A stretch of DNA of 63,965 bases, filler included, from Theionarchaea archaeon (GTDB taxonomy: Archaea; Methanobacteriota_B; Thermococci; Methanofastidiosales; SZ-28-30): assembly GCA_018992565.1 (NCBI GenBank). It is 3 parts of 3 records of this genome, joined end to end, with 100 filler letters (N's around TTAATTAATTAA, not from the genome) between each part and the next. Parts side by side here need not be neighbours in the genome. Positions count along the whole stretch, not along the records: positions 43,055 to 63,965 come from JACVGW010000050.1; 2 more parts are not named here. One strand, written 5' to 3'. Shown here in pieces: positions 52,799-62,051 of the stretch (positions are counted from its first letter, which is position 1; each line of letters begins with the position of its first letter). The translations under genes were made by a program, and so were the position numbers. The notes under the pieces are model-generated. The model searched no databases. It was not told the DNA's origin and saw only the letters and a list, made by a program, of their open reading frames with translations.

Positions 52799-54773
52799 TC
52801 CGTTCACCTGCTGGAAGTGGGAGCTTCACCATGCAGAGAGTACCCTCCCCCACGTTACTTACCACTGTTATTGTCCCATTGTGCTCTTCTATAATGTTCT
52901 TTGCAATAACTAGTCCCAACCCAATACCCCTCGCTCTGGTGGTGAAGAGGGGCTCGAAAATCCGCGTACTATACTCTTCGGGGATTCCCTGGCCCGTATC
53001 CTGTATTGCAATGGTGATATCTTCAGTGCAGCCCGTTTTCAAAGTAAGGGTTCCTCCCTCTGCCATAGCCTGGACAGCATTGGTGAGAAGGTTGATGAAC
53101 ACTCGCCTCAGGTGTTCTGGATCTGCCTCAACAAGGGGGACAGTCTCATCCAGATCATACTTCACCTGAATAGTGTCGGGTATTCTGAGACTGGTCAGAG
53201 CATCTCTCACGAGCATGTTAATATTCGTGGGAACATTTCGGGGCTTTCTGGTCCTGCTGAATCCCAGCAACTCTTCAATGATCGTGGAAGCTCTCTCAAC
53301 GTTTTGATCAATAATTCCCAAATGCTTTATTACGATATCATCTGCCCTCTGGAGCTTCATCTTCAAGAAATACGTTGAATTTCCAATGACTCCTAAGGGA
53401 TTTCTCAATTCATGCCCGACGATGCTTGCAAGCTGTCCCAGGACTGCCAGCTTTCCTTTTCGAATCAGCTCTTCCTGAGCGTCACGCAGCTCCTTCGTCC
53501 TCTCTGTTACCTCTCTCTCCAGCCGTGCTGAATACGCCTTCAAAGTCTTTTCTGCTTTCTTACGTTCAGTAATGTCTTCCAAAATACCGTCAATGTACAG
53601 TGGATTTCCTTCATCATCGTAGACACATGTTGCAGTGTCAGAAGTGATCATCAGAGTTCCATCCCTTCTTCTTAAAACGAGTTCCTTTTCTTTTACGTAA
53701 CCCCACGAGAAGACCTCATTCCTGTACTTTTCCCTATCGTGTGGGTTGGCATACATGTCGACCACTTTCAGCTTGAGAACATCCTCCTTTTCGTCAAACC
53801 CAAGAATCTTGGCACATGATTCATTCACCTCAATGAAATGGCCGTCTTCATCTGGACTAACCCGGTAGACACCCACATTCAAGTTTTCAACCAATGTTCT
53901 ATATTTTTCTTCAGATTCGCGCAATTTCTCTTCCATTTTCATTCGTTCAGTAATATCTCTCACAATGCTCTGGATATAGAGTACCTCTTCACTTTCGTCT
54001 TTGATGACAGAAAGTGAAACTTCCACAGCGATTGTTGCTCCATCCTTTGTTTTGATGTTCCTTTCATATTCATACATGCTTTTGCCTGCCAGCAGTTGTT
54101 TCAATTTCTCTTCAGCATTCTTGATTGATGGTTCAGTGACAATATCTCGAAAGGACCGCCCCTCCAGTTCTTCTCTGGGATATCCCAGAAGCTCTTCAGC
54201 TCTCTTGTTGGCAGCAATGTTGATTCCATCAGTGTTGAGAATGAATGTGGCATCATGTGAACCTTCAAACAATACCCTGTATCTTATTTCTGATTCAGAT
54301 AATCTCTTCTCAGACTTCTCCAACTTTTGCACTAGCCTGTCAAAACTTTCTTTCAATAGAAGGCTGTATTCCTGCCAAAAATCGGTTTTCTGGCTTTTCT
54401 CAAGAGAGTTCTCATCGGTCTGCATGAGATCCCGGATTTGAGACACAATCATTCTGCAATCGGAGGTCCTGACCAGAAGGTCTGCCCCGGCACTGTAGGC
54501 CAGTCTCTCCTCCTGGGCATTCATGGATTCTGAATAAAACACAACCCGAGTCTTTTTGAGAGTATCATCTTCTTTGATACGCATGCACAATTGAAACCCA
54601 TCAAGTCCTGGGAGAAACAATGTGGAGACAACACAATCAACAGGTTCCTCTCTAACACATCGCAGAGCCTCCCTTCCGTCTTCAACAACATTGATCCGAT
54701 GGCCACTTCCTTCCAGAGCTCGTTCCACGGGCTCGAATTCCCTGAGGTTGTGGCGTGCCAACAAAAGATTCAT
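52788..54773 (-). CDS. Sensor histidine kinase: pseudo-REC-PAS-PAS-HisKA-HATPase
   Basis: GHELRNPL, NLLTNA, DTGQG, FEPLFTT..GIGLGL. Confidence 0.95.
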   Translation of the reverse strand: MNLLLARHNLREFEPVERALEGSGHRINVVEDGREALRCVREEPVDCVVSTLFLPGLDGFQLCMRIKEDDTLKKTRVVFYSESMNAQEERLAYSAGADLLVRTSDCRMIVSQIRDLMQTDENSLEKSQKTDFWQEYSLLLKESFDRLVQKLEKSEKRLSESEIRYRVLFEGSHDATFILNTDGINIAANKRAEELLGYPREELEGRSFRDIVTEPSIKNAEEKLKQLLAGKSMYEYERNIKTKDGATIAVEVSLSVIKDESEEVLYIQSIVRDITERMKMEEKLRESEEKYRTLVENLNVGVYRVSPDEDGHFIEVNESCAKILGFDEKEDVLKLKVVDMYANPHDREKYRNEVFSWGYVKEKELVLRRRDGTLMITSDTATCVYDDEGNPLYIDGILEDITERKKAEKTLKAYSARLEREVTERTKELRDAQEELIRKGKLAVLGQLASIVGHELRNPLGVIGNSTYFLKMKLQRADDIVIKHLGIIDQNVERASTIIEELLGFSRTRKPRNVPTNINMLVRDALTSLRIPDTIQVKYDLDETVPLVEADPEHLRRVFINLLTNAVQAMAEGGTLTLKTGCTEDITIAIQDTGQGIPEEYSTRIFEPLFTTRARGIGLGLVIAKNIIEEHNGTITVVSNVGEGTLCMVKLPLPAGERNEE

Positions 54774-55198
54774 TTTCCCTCACCGAATTCTGGAGTTCTC
54801 ATGATGTAGGATTATCGCCTTTCCCAATTGCGATGCAAAGGCAATTCGCTCTAAGATAGACGTCTTTTCTGGCTACACCATGTTTCCGCGCTCCACGCTT
54901 ATAAACTTTCTTGATGTGTCAGGTTGAGATCAATCAAGAATTCACATAGTCTTGATCTAGAGTCTATTCCTCGCTTTGCTCACTATGAAAGCTGATGATA
55001 CGGCACATTCCACATATGCTCCTCTCATGGAGCACGTGTGCTGTCACTGAACCCTCACGCTACCAGGTATCTCACATGCACATCGTGACCGAAGATGTTG
55101 CCCCTCTTCTTCTTGTTCCTAGTCTTGTTCTTGTCCAACTCCTTTGATAAGAGGATATCATGCAGAAGTCTTTTTAAGAAGGGCAGCCATCACACTTC

Positions 55199-56689
55199 AT
55201 GCAAAGAAAACGAGCAATCATCCTGGTAATGCTCATGGTCATACCACCATTAGTAGCAGCTGAGGGACCCCGAGGTCCACTCTGTGATCCATTTCGTCCA
55301 GAAGTGGAAAACCACATCTGGTTCTGGTGGCCTGAGGGTATTGCAGGGTTTGAATTTGATGATGCAGGCAATTTACTCTATATTGTGGATGGGATTCCTG
55401 CTCAATCTGGAGAACTCATTTCCTCCAGTGTGCAGAGAGAATTCCGCAAGTTACCATTATCTGGAGAATTCACCTTCTGGCGCCCCATAAAAGAGGATGG
55501 ATTGGGTGGATTCTGGCTGAAACATTTTGCTGTAAAGAATCTGAACCAGCCCTGGGGGAAGGTTTCCCCGGGTGTAGATTACGCTTATCATCTTGACCTG
55601 GGAAATAGGATAACAGAAGTCAAGAGAGAGGATTTCAAATCATTCAAGGAACAGCCCTTTGCACAGGGCATGGGAGACTACATATGGAAAAAGGAAGGGT
55701 CTGAACTGCATGGCATAAAATTCGATACCAAAGGTGTTGCAATGTATCTGGTTCACGGCATCCCTGGAACCTACTCTCTGGATGATGCACCTCCCGATGG
55801 GTATATGGTGTGGCAGCCTGTGGATTCCAAGAGCAAGGAAGGGTTCTGGTTGAAACATGTCGCTGTGAGAGAACTGAAAATGCCATGGGGGAACGTCTAC
55901 CAGGGCGTGGACTACACCTACCAGTCAGAATTTACCTTGAGAGAGCTAACCCGAAGACAGGCTTCTGGATTTACCGATGACCCGTTTACCCCTGAGCTAA
56001 AAAACCATATCTGGAAAAAAGAAGGAGACACTCTGCGTGGATTCCAGTTTGATGAGAGGGGGCATCTCCTGTACATGGTGGAGGGAATTAAAGGTACCTA
56101 TACTCTGGATGATGTGCCCTTTTCAGGAGAGTATACGGTATGGATCCCCACTACTCCCAGCAGTTCCTCCGGATACTGGCTGAAGTATGCTGCAGTCACT
56201 GAGTGTGAGATGTCCTGGGGAGACGTGTATCCTGGAATTGACTATGCATATGAAGAAGGAAAATCAATCAAAGACCTGCCAAAGAGCAGCACATTCACCT
56301 TTTCACCCTTCTCTACAGGAGGTCTGGAAAATCATATATGGAAACAGGTAACAGACTCTCTCTATGGTGCGCAGGTTGACGACCAGGGGAAGCTTCTCTA
56401 TCTGATTCACGGTGTACCCGGCACGTATTCTCTGAATGATGTTCCTTTATCAGGCGAGTACGTAGTATGGTACCCTATCAAGGAAGGAGAACAGGCAGGG
56501 TTCTGGCTGAAATATGTTGCAGTGAGAGAAGTTGATATGGGATGGGGCCCTGTGACATATGGCGTTGACCTTTCCTACAACCAGCAGAAAGGCCATGGAA
56601 TATCATTTCTCACCAGAGATGACTACTATGAAAGCTGGGACCTGAGAAAGCTCTTGAAGTACTTCTGGGATGTCATGATGGATGACTGA
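55199..56689 (+). CDS. Secreted protein built of four ~108-aa aromatic-rich repeats
   Basis: Signal peptide; four copies of PF..NHIW..G..FD..G..LY.V.GI.G...GFWLK..AV.....WG.V..GVDY.Y. Confidence 0.85.
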   Translation: MQRKRAIILVMLMVIPPLVAAEGPRGPLCDPFRPEVENHIWFWWPEGIAGFEFDDAGNLLYIVDGIPAQSGELISSSVQREFRKLPLSGEFTFWRPIKEDGLGGFWLKHFAVKNLNQPWGKVSPGVDYAYHLDLGNRITEVKREDFKSFKEQPFAQGMGDYIWKKEGSELHGIKFDTKGVAMYLVHGIPGTYSLDDAPPDGYMVWQPVDSKSKEGFWLKHVAVRELKMPWGNVYQGVDYTYQSEFTLRELTRRQASGFTDDPFTPELKNHIWKKEGDTLRGFQFDERGHLLYMVEGIKGTYTLDDVPFSGEYTVWIPTTPSSSSGYWLKYAAVTECEMSWGDVYPGIDYAYEEGKSIKDLPKSSTFTFSPFSTGGLENHIWKQVTDSLYGAQVDDQGKLLYLIHGVPGTYSLNDVPLSGEYVVWYPIKEGEQAGFWLKYVAVREVDMGWGPVTYGVDLSYNQQKGHGISFLTRDDYYESWDLRKLLKYFWDVMMDD

Positions 56690-56764
56690 TGTGACGTATC
56701 ACCTCTACAAATCTGCAGCCACGCTCACAGAAAACCTTGATAAGCACTGGTGAGTAGTAGGAGT

Positions 56765-57508
56765 ATGGGAGTACCTGAAGCAGACATGACAGAAGAGGCA
56801 GTGCGCATAGTTGATGCTGCCCGCAACAGCAATGTGACACTGAGACTTCTGGGAGGGCTTGCCACCAGAATGCACTGTGAACATGTAGATTTCTGTGACC
56901 GGGAGTATTCTGACATTGATATGGTGGGGCTGAGCAAAGAGAAAAGCAAAATCACCACGTTGTTTTCAGGCCTGGGGTACATGGCTGACGAACGATTCAA
57001 TGCTCTCCATGGTCATAAACGACTGAAATTTGAAGAGACCACATACAACAGGCATGTGGATGTTTTTCTGGATCACTTTGACATGGATCATGACTGGGAC
57101 CTCTCCAGCAGGCTGAAGATAGAAAAGTATACGCTCCCACTCAGCGATCTGCTGTTGACAAAACTCCAGATCTGTAGGATAAATGAAAAGGATATCCAGG
57201 ACATAGTGACCCTCCTGAAAGACTGCGCCATTGGAGAGGAAGACGTCCCTCATACCATAAACGTAGAATATATAGCTGAAAAGTGCTCACAGGATTGGGG
57301 ACTCTATGAGGCAGTGCTTGACAACCTGAAAAATGTAGGTACACTTCTCGGTGCGTACGAATTGAGTGAAGAGGATAGAACCCTGGTGGACAGGCGACTC
57401 AAACTCCTGGCCAGGAACCTCATTTCGCATGAAAAGACTGCCAGATGGAGGATGCGCTCCGCAGTGGGAAGACATCTGGCCTGGTGTGAACAAGTGGAAG
57501 AGGAATAG
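56765..57508 (+). CDS. Pol-beta-superfamily nucleotidyltransferase, uncharacterised
   Basis: LRLLGGLA..REYSDIDMV, VDVF, LLLTKLQ, KDIQD. Confidence 0.75.
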   Translation: MGVPEADMTEEAVRIVDAARNSNVTLRLLGGLATRMHCEHVDFCDREYSDIDMVGLSKEKSKITTLFSGLGYMADERFNALHGHKRLKFEETTYNRHVDVFLDHFDMDHDWDLSSRLKIEKYTLPLSDLLLTKLQICRINEKDIQDIVTLLKDCAIGEEDVPHTINVEYIAEKCSQDWGLYEAVLDNLKNVGTLLGAYELSEEDRTLVDRRLKLLARNLISHEKTARWRMRSAVGRHLAWCEQVEEE

Positions 57509-57717
57509 CCTGTCTGCAGAACGCTCCAGGTTCTTCAAGAGTGAGCCCATTACAAAGTCCTTCACAATGTCGCAGAACCTACACCATGATCTAACCCACA
57601 CCCCATGACCACTGAAGTCGCTTTCTAATCCATCGAATTCTTCAGTGAGAGGCAGTATGTGATTCCTGCTCATCGCGCATTAACCGTACATTTATATTTG
57701 CCAGGAGAAGGTAGAGT

Positions 57718-58470
57718 ATGGAATCTCTCAAGGGAAAAACAGCTTTAATCACAGGCAGCTCACGTGGCATTGGAAGAGGATGTGCTCTGGTCCTGGCCAG
57801 ATGTGGCTGTAACATTGTCGTAAACTATGTTGAATCTCTGGAAAAGGCGCAAACCCTGATAAAAGAGACTAGGGAGCTGGGAGTGGAGTCTCTGTCAGTA
57901 CGAGCAGATGTTTCCAGGGAACAGGATGTTAAATTGCTGATTGAGAGTACGGTCAATACCTTCGGGGGAATAGACATACTTGTCAATAACGCAGGCATCC
58001 ACCAGCATCTCAAGACATGGGAGCTCTCACTGGAAGACTGGAATAGAGTCATTGCCACCAATCTGACAGGGGTATTCCTGTGTTCACGAGAGGCTGTCAT
58101 TCACATGAAGAAGGTACGATCAGGATCGATCATTAACATTTCATCGTGCGTGGCGTTCACAGGGACAGATCACGAAATACACTATGCATCCTCCAAGGCA
58201 GGTATTGTGGGATTCACCAAGAGTCTTGCTCTAGAAGCTGCCCCCTACGGTATACGAGTGAATGCTGTGTCTCCTGGATTCTTTGCTACTGACATGGTAC
58301 TGCCCCTGATCACCGACGAGGAAAGGAAAGCCCTGGAGGCCACAGTACCACTGGGGAGACTGGGAACCCCTGAAGAGATTGGCGATGCAGTTGCCTTTCT
58401 TGCATCTGACAGGGCACGTTACATAACAGGAGAGACACTCCATGTGAACGGTGGAGTCATCATGTACTAA
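57718..58470 (+). CDS. Short-chain dehydrogenase/reductase (FabG-like)
   Basis: TGSSRGIG, NNAG, YASSK, VNAVSPG. Confidence 0.93.
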   Translation: MESLKGKTALITGSSRGIGRGCALVLARCGCNIVVNYVESLEKAQTLIKETRELGVESLSVRADVSREQDVKLLIESTVNTFGGIDILVNNAGIHQHLKTWELSLEDWNRVIATNLTGVFLCSREAVIHMKKVRSGSIINISSCVAFTGTDHEIHYASSKAGIVGFTKSLALEAAPYGIRVNAVSPGFFATDMVLPLITDEERKALEATVPLGRLGTPEEIGDAVAFLASDRARYITGETLHVNGGVIMY

Positions 58471-60238
58471 CCCGTCTTGTGGAGGATTCCAGCACCGATA
58501 CGACGTGGGTGCCATCCCAAAAAAGGAGTCCATACTCATGAAGCGTTTCCAGGATGCTAAGGAGGGGTTTTTCATCAATGCGAGTGTGTTCCTTAATCTG
58601 AGAGATTGACTTGATTGAATTACAGAATATGAGGATATCAGTCTCATCATTATCCAATTCATAGGTTAATACATCTGGTCCATTCTCTTCAATGAATGAA
58701 CCATCCCGATAGTGGGTCCAGGTGTAAGAACGGTTCTGCGTTGTAAATAATGCCAGAGCAGCATCAAAATCGTCCCACAAGAAAGAGGGTTTCTCATGGT
58801 AAAACCCAAAAAACTCCCACCTGTCTTTTTCAGAAACCAAATGAGAAGAGCTGATTTCTTCCCAGAAGCGATTGTGCCTCCACTTTTGCCTGCTCTCTTC
58901 TGGCATGTCAGTGTAAAAGGGGGATCCTTTGTACAATTCCAGCGTGGAAGGGTGAAGTGTGTATGTGTTCAGGAGAAAACGCACAAATTTCACGTTGGCT
59001 ATGCTTTCCATAATATCTTCTCTGGATTCTGTGGGGATACCTCGTATAATGTTCAATCCGTCAAGAGAAAGGTTGAACCGTTTTCCAATCTTTAAGGCCT
59101 GTATATTGTGGACAACCCTGTGCCTCTTCTCCATCTTTTTCAGCAGAGAATCAGCCATGCCTTCAAATCCCATCTGTGTGGACATGAAAGAAGCAAGCTG
59201 CATTAAATGAGCTGTCTCTTCAGTAAGAAACAGAGGAGATATCTCTGCAAAAAAATGATAAGGCTTTTTCCGCTTACGTGAAGCCTCCACCAAGAGAGTC
59301 AAGAGAGTTGTGAATCGACTTTTATTCCCGGCTACATCAGTATCCACAAAAATGAAGTCACCAGTGTCATGAGTTTCAGCTTGGTATTCAATTTCTGCAA
59401 CAATATTCTGGGGCGTGCGGGTTCGATACTGATACTGCTCATTCAGGACACAGAAGGAACATTTATTCCAGGGACAGGATCGTGAACCCCAAATAGGAAT
59501 GAGGATTCTCATACCAGCCAATCCAAGACTTTTGACTGCATCAAAGTAGTCTGTATGGTCTGCAAAAGCGAATGAATCCAGGTCCTCAGATGCAGCACAA
59601 GGTTCCGTAGACACGAGTGTATTCCCCCGGTAGACAAGACTACTGCACCTATCCTCCATAGTGCCACTCTCCAGTGTCTTGACCAGGTGTAGTAAAGGAT
59701 ACTCGCCCTCACCATATATTGCATAATCAATGTGAGGGATCAACCTCATGAAAGCTTCAGCCTGCTCTTTACAGGTTGCACCCCCCAGGATAATCGTGAT
59801 GTCTGGATTCACTTTCTTGAGGCGGGAGGTAATATACCAGTTCATGAGCCACTGATAGGTCTTCACAGTAATTCCATGAATCCCTTCTCTGTGCAGGTTA
59901 TTCTGGAGGATATACCTGTCAATTTTCTCCTTTAATGAGAAGATCACATCATCAATTTCCTCATCAGTCAAGACGGAGGAAAACAAAAGAGAGAGGGAGG
60001 TCCTGTCCTTGATCCCCATCAAGCGTTTCCACGCGTAAACAGTGAGCGCTTCCATTGAAAAAGTGTTGTCTCCTGCTGCCTTGAGTGTCTTGTTAAATCT
60101 GGAAATTTCAGAAGAAAGCTCCAGATTCCAGTACACATTTTTCACAGCAATACCATGAGACTGTAAGAACCCCTTTAAATAACCCAGTGCAGGATTGGGA
60201 ATATCCAGAGCGTATGGTAGATTACTGTGGAGTATCAT
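58460..60238 (-). CDS. B12-binding-type radical SAM enzyme resembling RiPP-maturation C-methyltransferases (TIGR03975-like)
   Basis: PNPALGYLKGFL..VYWNL, IILGGA, GEGEYP, GSRSCPWNKCSFC, QMGFE; C-terminal wHTH-like segment; divergent from precursor A1. Confidence 0.8.
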   Translation of the reverse strand: MILHSNLPYALDIPNPALGYLKGFLQSHGIAVKNVYWNLELSSEISRFNKTLKAAGDNTFSMEALTVYAWKRLMGIKDRTSLSLLFSSVLTDEEIDDVIFSLKEKIDRYILQNNLHREGIHGITVKTYQWLMNWYITSRLKKVNPDITIILGGATCKEQAEAFMRLIPHIDYAIYGEGEYPLLHLVKTLESGTMEDRCSSLVYRGNTLVSTEPCAASEDLDSFAFADHTDYFDAVKSLGLAGMRILIPIWGSRSCPWNKCSFCVLNEQYQYRTRTPQNIVAEIEYQAETHDTGDFIFVDTDVAGNKSRFTTLLTLLVEASRKRKKPYHFFAEISPLFLTEETAHLMQLASFMSTQMGFEGMADSLLKKMEKRHRVVHNIQALKIGKRFNLSLDGLNIIRGIPTESREDIMESIANVKFVRFLLNTYTLHPSTLELYKGSPFYTDMPEESRQKWRHNRFWEEISSSHLVSEKDRWEFFGFYHEKPSFLWDDFDAALALFTTQNRSYTWTHYRDGSFIEENGPDVLTYELDNDETDILIFCNSIKSISQIKEHTRIDEKPLLSILETLHEYGLLFWDGTHVVSVLESSTRRVST

Positions 60239-60494
60239 CTCTTACCGTTCTCTCGATCACTTTAAAGGTTTTGCTGAGGGTGTTTCGCATTTCATTTTGT
60301 CTTTCTACATTATGAGATCTTTGACACAGTGAGGTTAACTGGTATATAATTCATTGCCAGATCAATTATTGCTCCCATCATATTTTATAACCAAATCGAG
60401 AGGTTCCATGTTTTCTGAGTACATTTGAGAGTAAGAGAAACTTTTTCAAGAGTAATTGCGCCTAAAATCTGGTTCATACAGCACGTAATTTCAG

Positions 60495-60510
60495 CAGAAA
60501 CATTTATATA
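60495..60510 (+). promoter_or_regulatory. BRE/TATA of precursor A1
   Basis: CAGAAACATTTATATA about 43 nt upstream of ATG 60553. Confidence 0.7.
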
Positions 60511-60552
60511 GTAGCATGTCATTAAAATCGCAAATGAAAAGGAGGTGCTTCC

Positions 60553-60657
60553 ATGAAATTCAACGTCAAGAAAGTGGAGACTGTTTCCACAACTGCAATG
60601 GCCATTGTCGATGATGCAGGTGGCCCGTGGATGGAGTCCAAGAACCAGTGCCTGTAA
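60553..60657 (+). CDS. Putative RiPP precursor A1, 34 aa: MKFNVKKVETVSTTAMAIVDDAGGPWMESKNQCL
   Basis: AGGAGGTG SD, TATA, a paralog at 63664 with many synonymous differences, and a position directly upstream of RRE-radical SAM genes. Confidence 0.93.
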   Translation: MKFNVKKVETVSTTAMAIVDDAGGPWMESKNQCL

Positions 60658-60694
60658 GGCAAGTGAAGCCTTCTTCATTTTTTCATTTTTTTTT
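60656..60694 (+). terminator. Short hairpin (AAGGC/GCCTT) plus T-tract between A1 and maturase 1
   Basis: AAGGC aagtgaa GCCTT cttcattttttcatttttttttg. Confidence 0.6.
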
Positions 60695-60707
60695 GTGAGG
60701 TGATAAT

Positions 60708-62051
60708 GTGCCGTACCTGAAAATTGCCAGGACACCGCTCATAAGGAGAACACCTTTGGGAACATTTGCATGCTTCCCTCATGATTTTCGACTGGAGTCA
60801 TTTTCTCCCATAATGGAGATTGACGAGTCAGTAGAACAGCTCCTCGCCCTCTGCGATGGAACCCATACCAGAGAAGAGATACTCACCCTCCTCTCTTCTG
60901 AGACAGGAGAGCCCATCCAGGAATTTGAAGCTGATTTTGATGCATTTGTGGAGTATATGATGGGGGAGCATGTGCTGGAGTGGTCAGATACGCCAGCATA
61001 TGTAGAACCAATATACCAGAGAAAAAGGCCCTACAGCATCACCATGGAGGTGACCAGTGCATGTAATCTGTCCTGTGTCATGTGTTCCACTGATTCAGGT
61101 AGTGCTGGTCAGGATGATTTGACCCTGGATGATATTATCCCGTTTGTGGAGCAGGTGAAAAAATACAAACCCACACCCTTTGCCATCAGTGGAGGGGAAC
61201 CGCTCATCAAAAAGGAGATGGTCCTTTACATGGTGCGGGAGCTTTCTCCTGTTAGAGAGATTGCTGTCAGTATTTTTACCAATGGTACGCTCGTAACCAA
61301 AGACTATGCTCAGCAGCTTGCTGATGCAGGGCTGAAGATAGCCAGAGTCTCACTAGATGGACACACAGCTGCTGTTCATGATGCAATCAGAGGGAAGGGA
61401 GCATTTGATAAGACGGTCCAGGGAATAGAGAATTTGAAAGAAGTGGGCATTCGCGTGAACACCGTCTCTGTGATATCTTCCCTGAATCATAGGTTCCACA
61501 ATGAAATACGGGCTTTTGTGAGAGACATTGCAGATAGTAATGATTTTGTGGGAGTGTATCCCTGGGGGAGGGCAACTGAAGATTTGAATCTGACAACTGA
61601 AGAATCCCTGGAGTTCAGAGTAGGGAGCCTTGCAACAGATAGAATCGTCACCAATGTCAGCCCCCGTAATCGGTGTAATGTGGGTGAGACTATCTATGTG
61701 AAAGCCAATGGAGATATTTTCCCCTGTTTCTTGCTGCGATTTCCAGAGTTCAAAGTGGGAAACATCAAAGAAGATGATCTTTCATCAATCTATGAGACTG
61801 AAATGTTCCAGGAACTTCTGGGAATAACAGTTGAGGATATTGAGGGGTGTAAAGACTGTTACATTCGTTATTACTGTGGTGGAGGGTGCAGGGCTCATGC
61901 CTACCGCTGCAATGGCTCAGTATATACGCCTGATTCTTTTGATTGCGAGAGGACCAGGGTGACAGTTGAAAGGATTCTAGAAAATGGTGAAGAAACAACG
62001 CAGAGACTCATGAAAGAATTGATTGAAACCAGCAAGACTGCAGACCAATGA
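60708..62051 (+). CDS. PqqD/RRE-radical SAM-SPASM maturase 1
   Basis: LLALCDGTHTREEI (PqqD-like), CNLSCVMC, SGGEPL; SPASM C..GDIFPC...CKDC..YYCGGGC..C. GAGGTGA 4 nt before GTG. Confidence 0.94.
   Translation: MPYLKIARTPLIRRTPLGTFACFPHDFRLESFSPIMEIDESVEQLLALCDGTHTREEILTLLSSETGEPIQEFEADFDAFVEYMMGEHVLEWSDTPAYVEPIYQRKRPYSITMEVTSACNLSCVMCSTDSGSAGQDDLTLDDIIPFVEQVKKYKPTPFAISGGEPLIKKEMVLYMVRELSPVREIAVSIFTNGTLVTKDYAQQLADAGLKIARVSLDGHTAAVHDAIRGKGAFDKTVQGIENLKEVGIRVNTVSVISSLNHRFHNEIRAFVRDIADSNDFVGVYPWGRATEDLNLTTEESLEFRVGSLATDRIVTNVSPRNRCNVGETIYVKANGDIFPCFLLRFPEFKVGNIKEDDLSSIYETEMFQELLGITVEDIEGCKDCYIRYYCGGGCRAHAYRCNGSVYTPDSFDCERTRVTVERILENGEETTQRLMKELIETSKTADQ

Noticed and set aside
57718..58470. SDR as a tailoring enzyme of RiPP locus 2
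   Set aside because: It is convergent, has its own promoter and looks like a generic FabG; only adjacency supports a link.
60385..60735. Minus-strand track ORFs over the precursors (also 63546-63782)
   Set aside because: They are antisense shadows. The plus-strand peptides have TATA, SD and paralog conservation.
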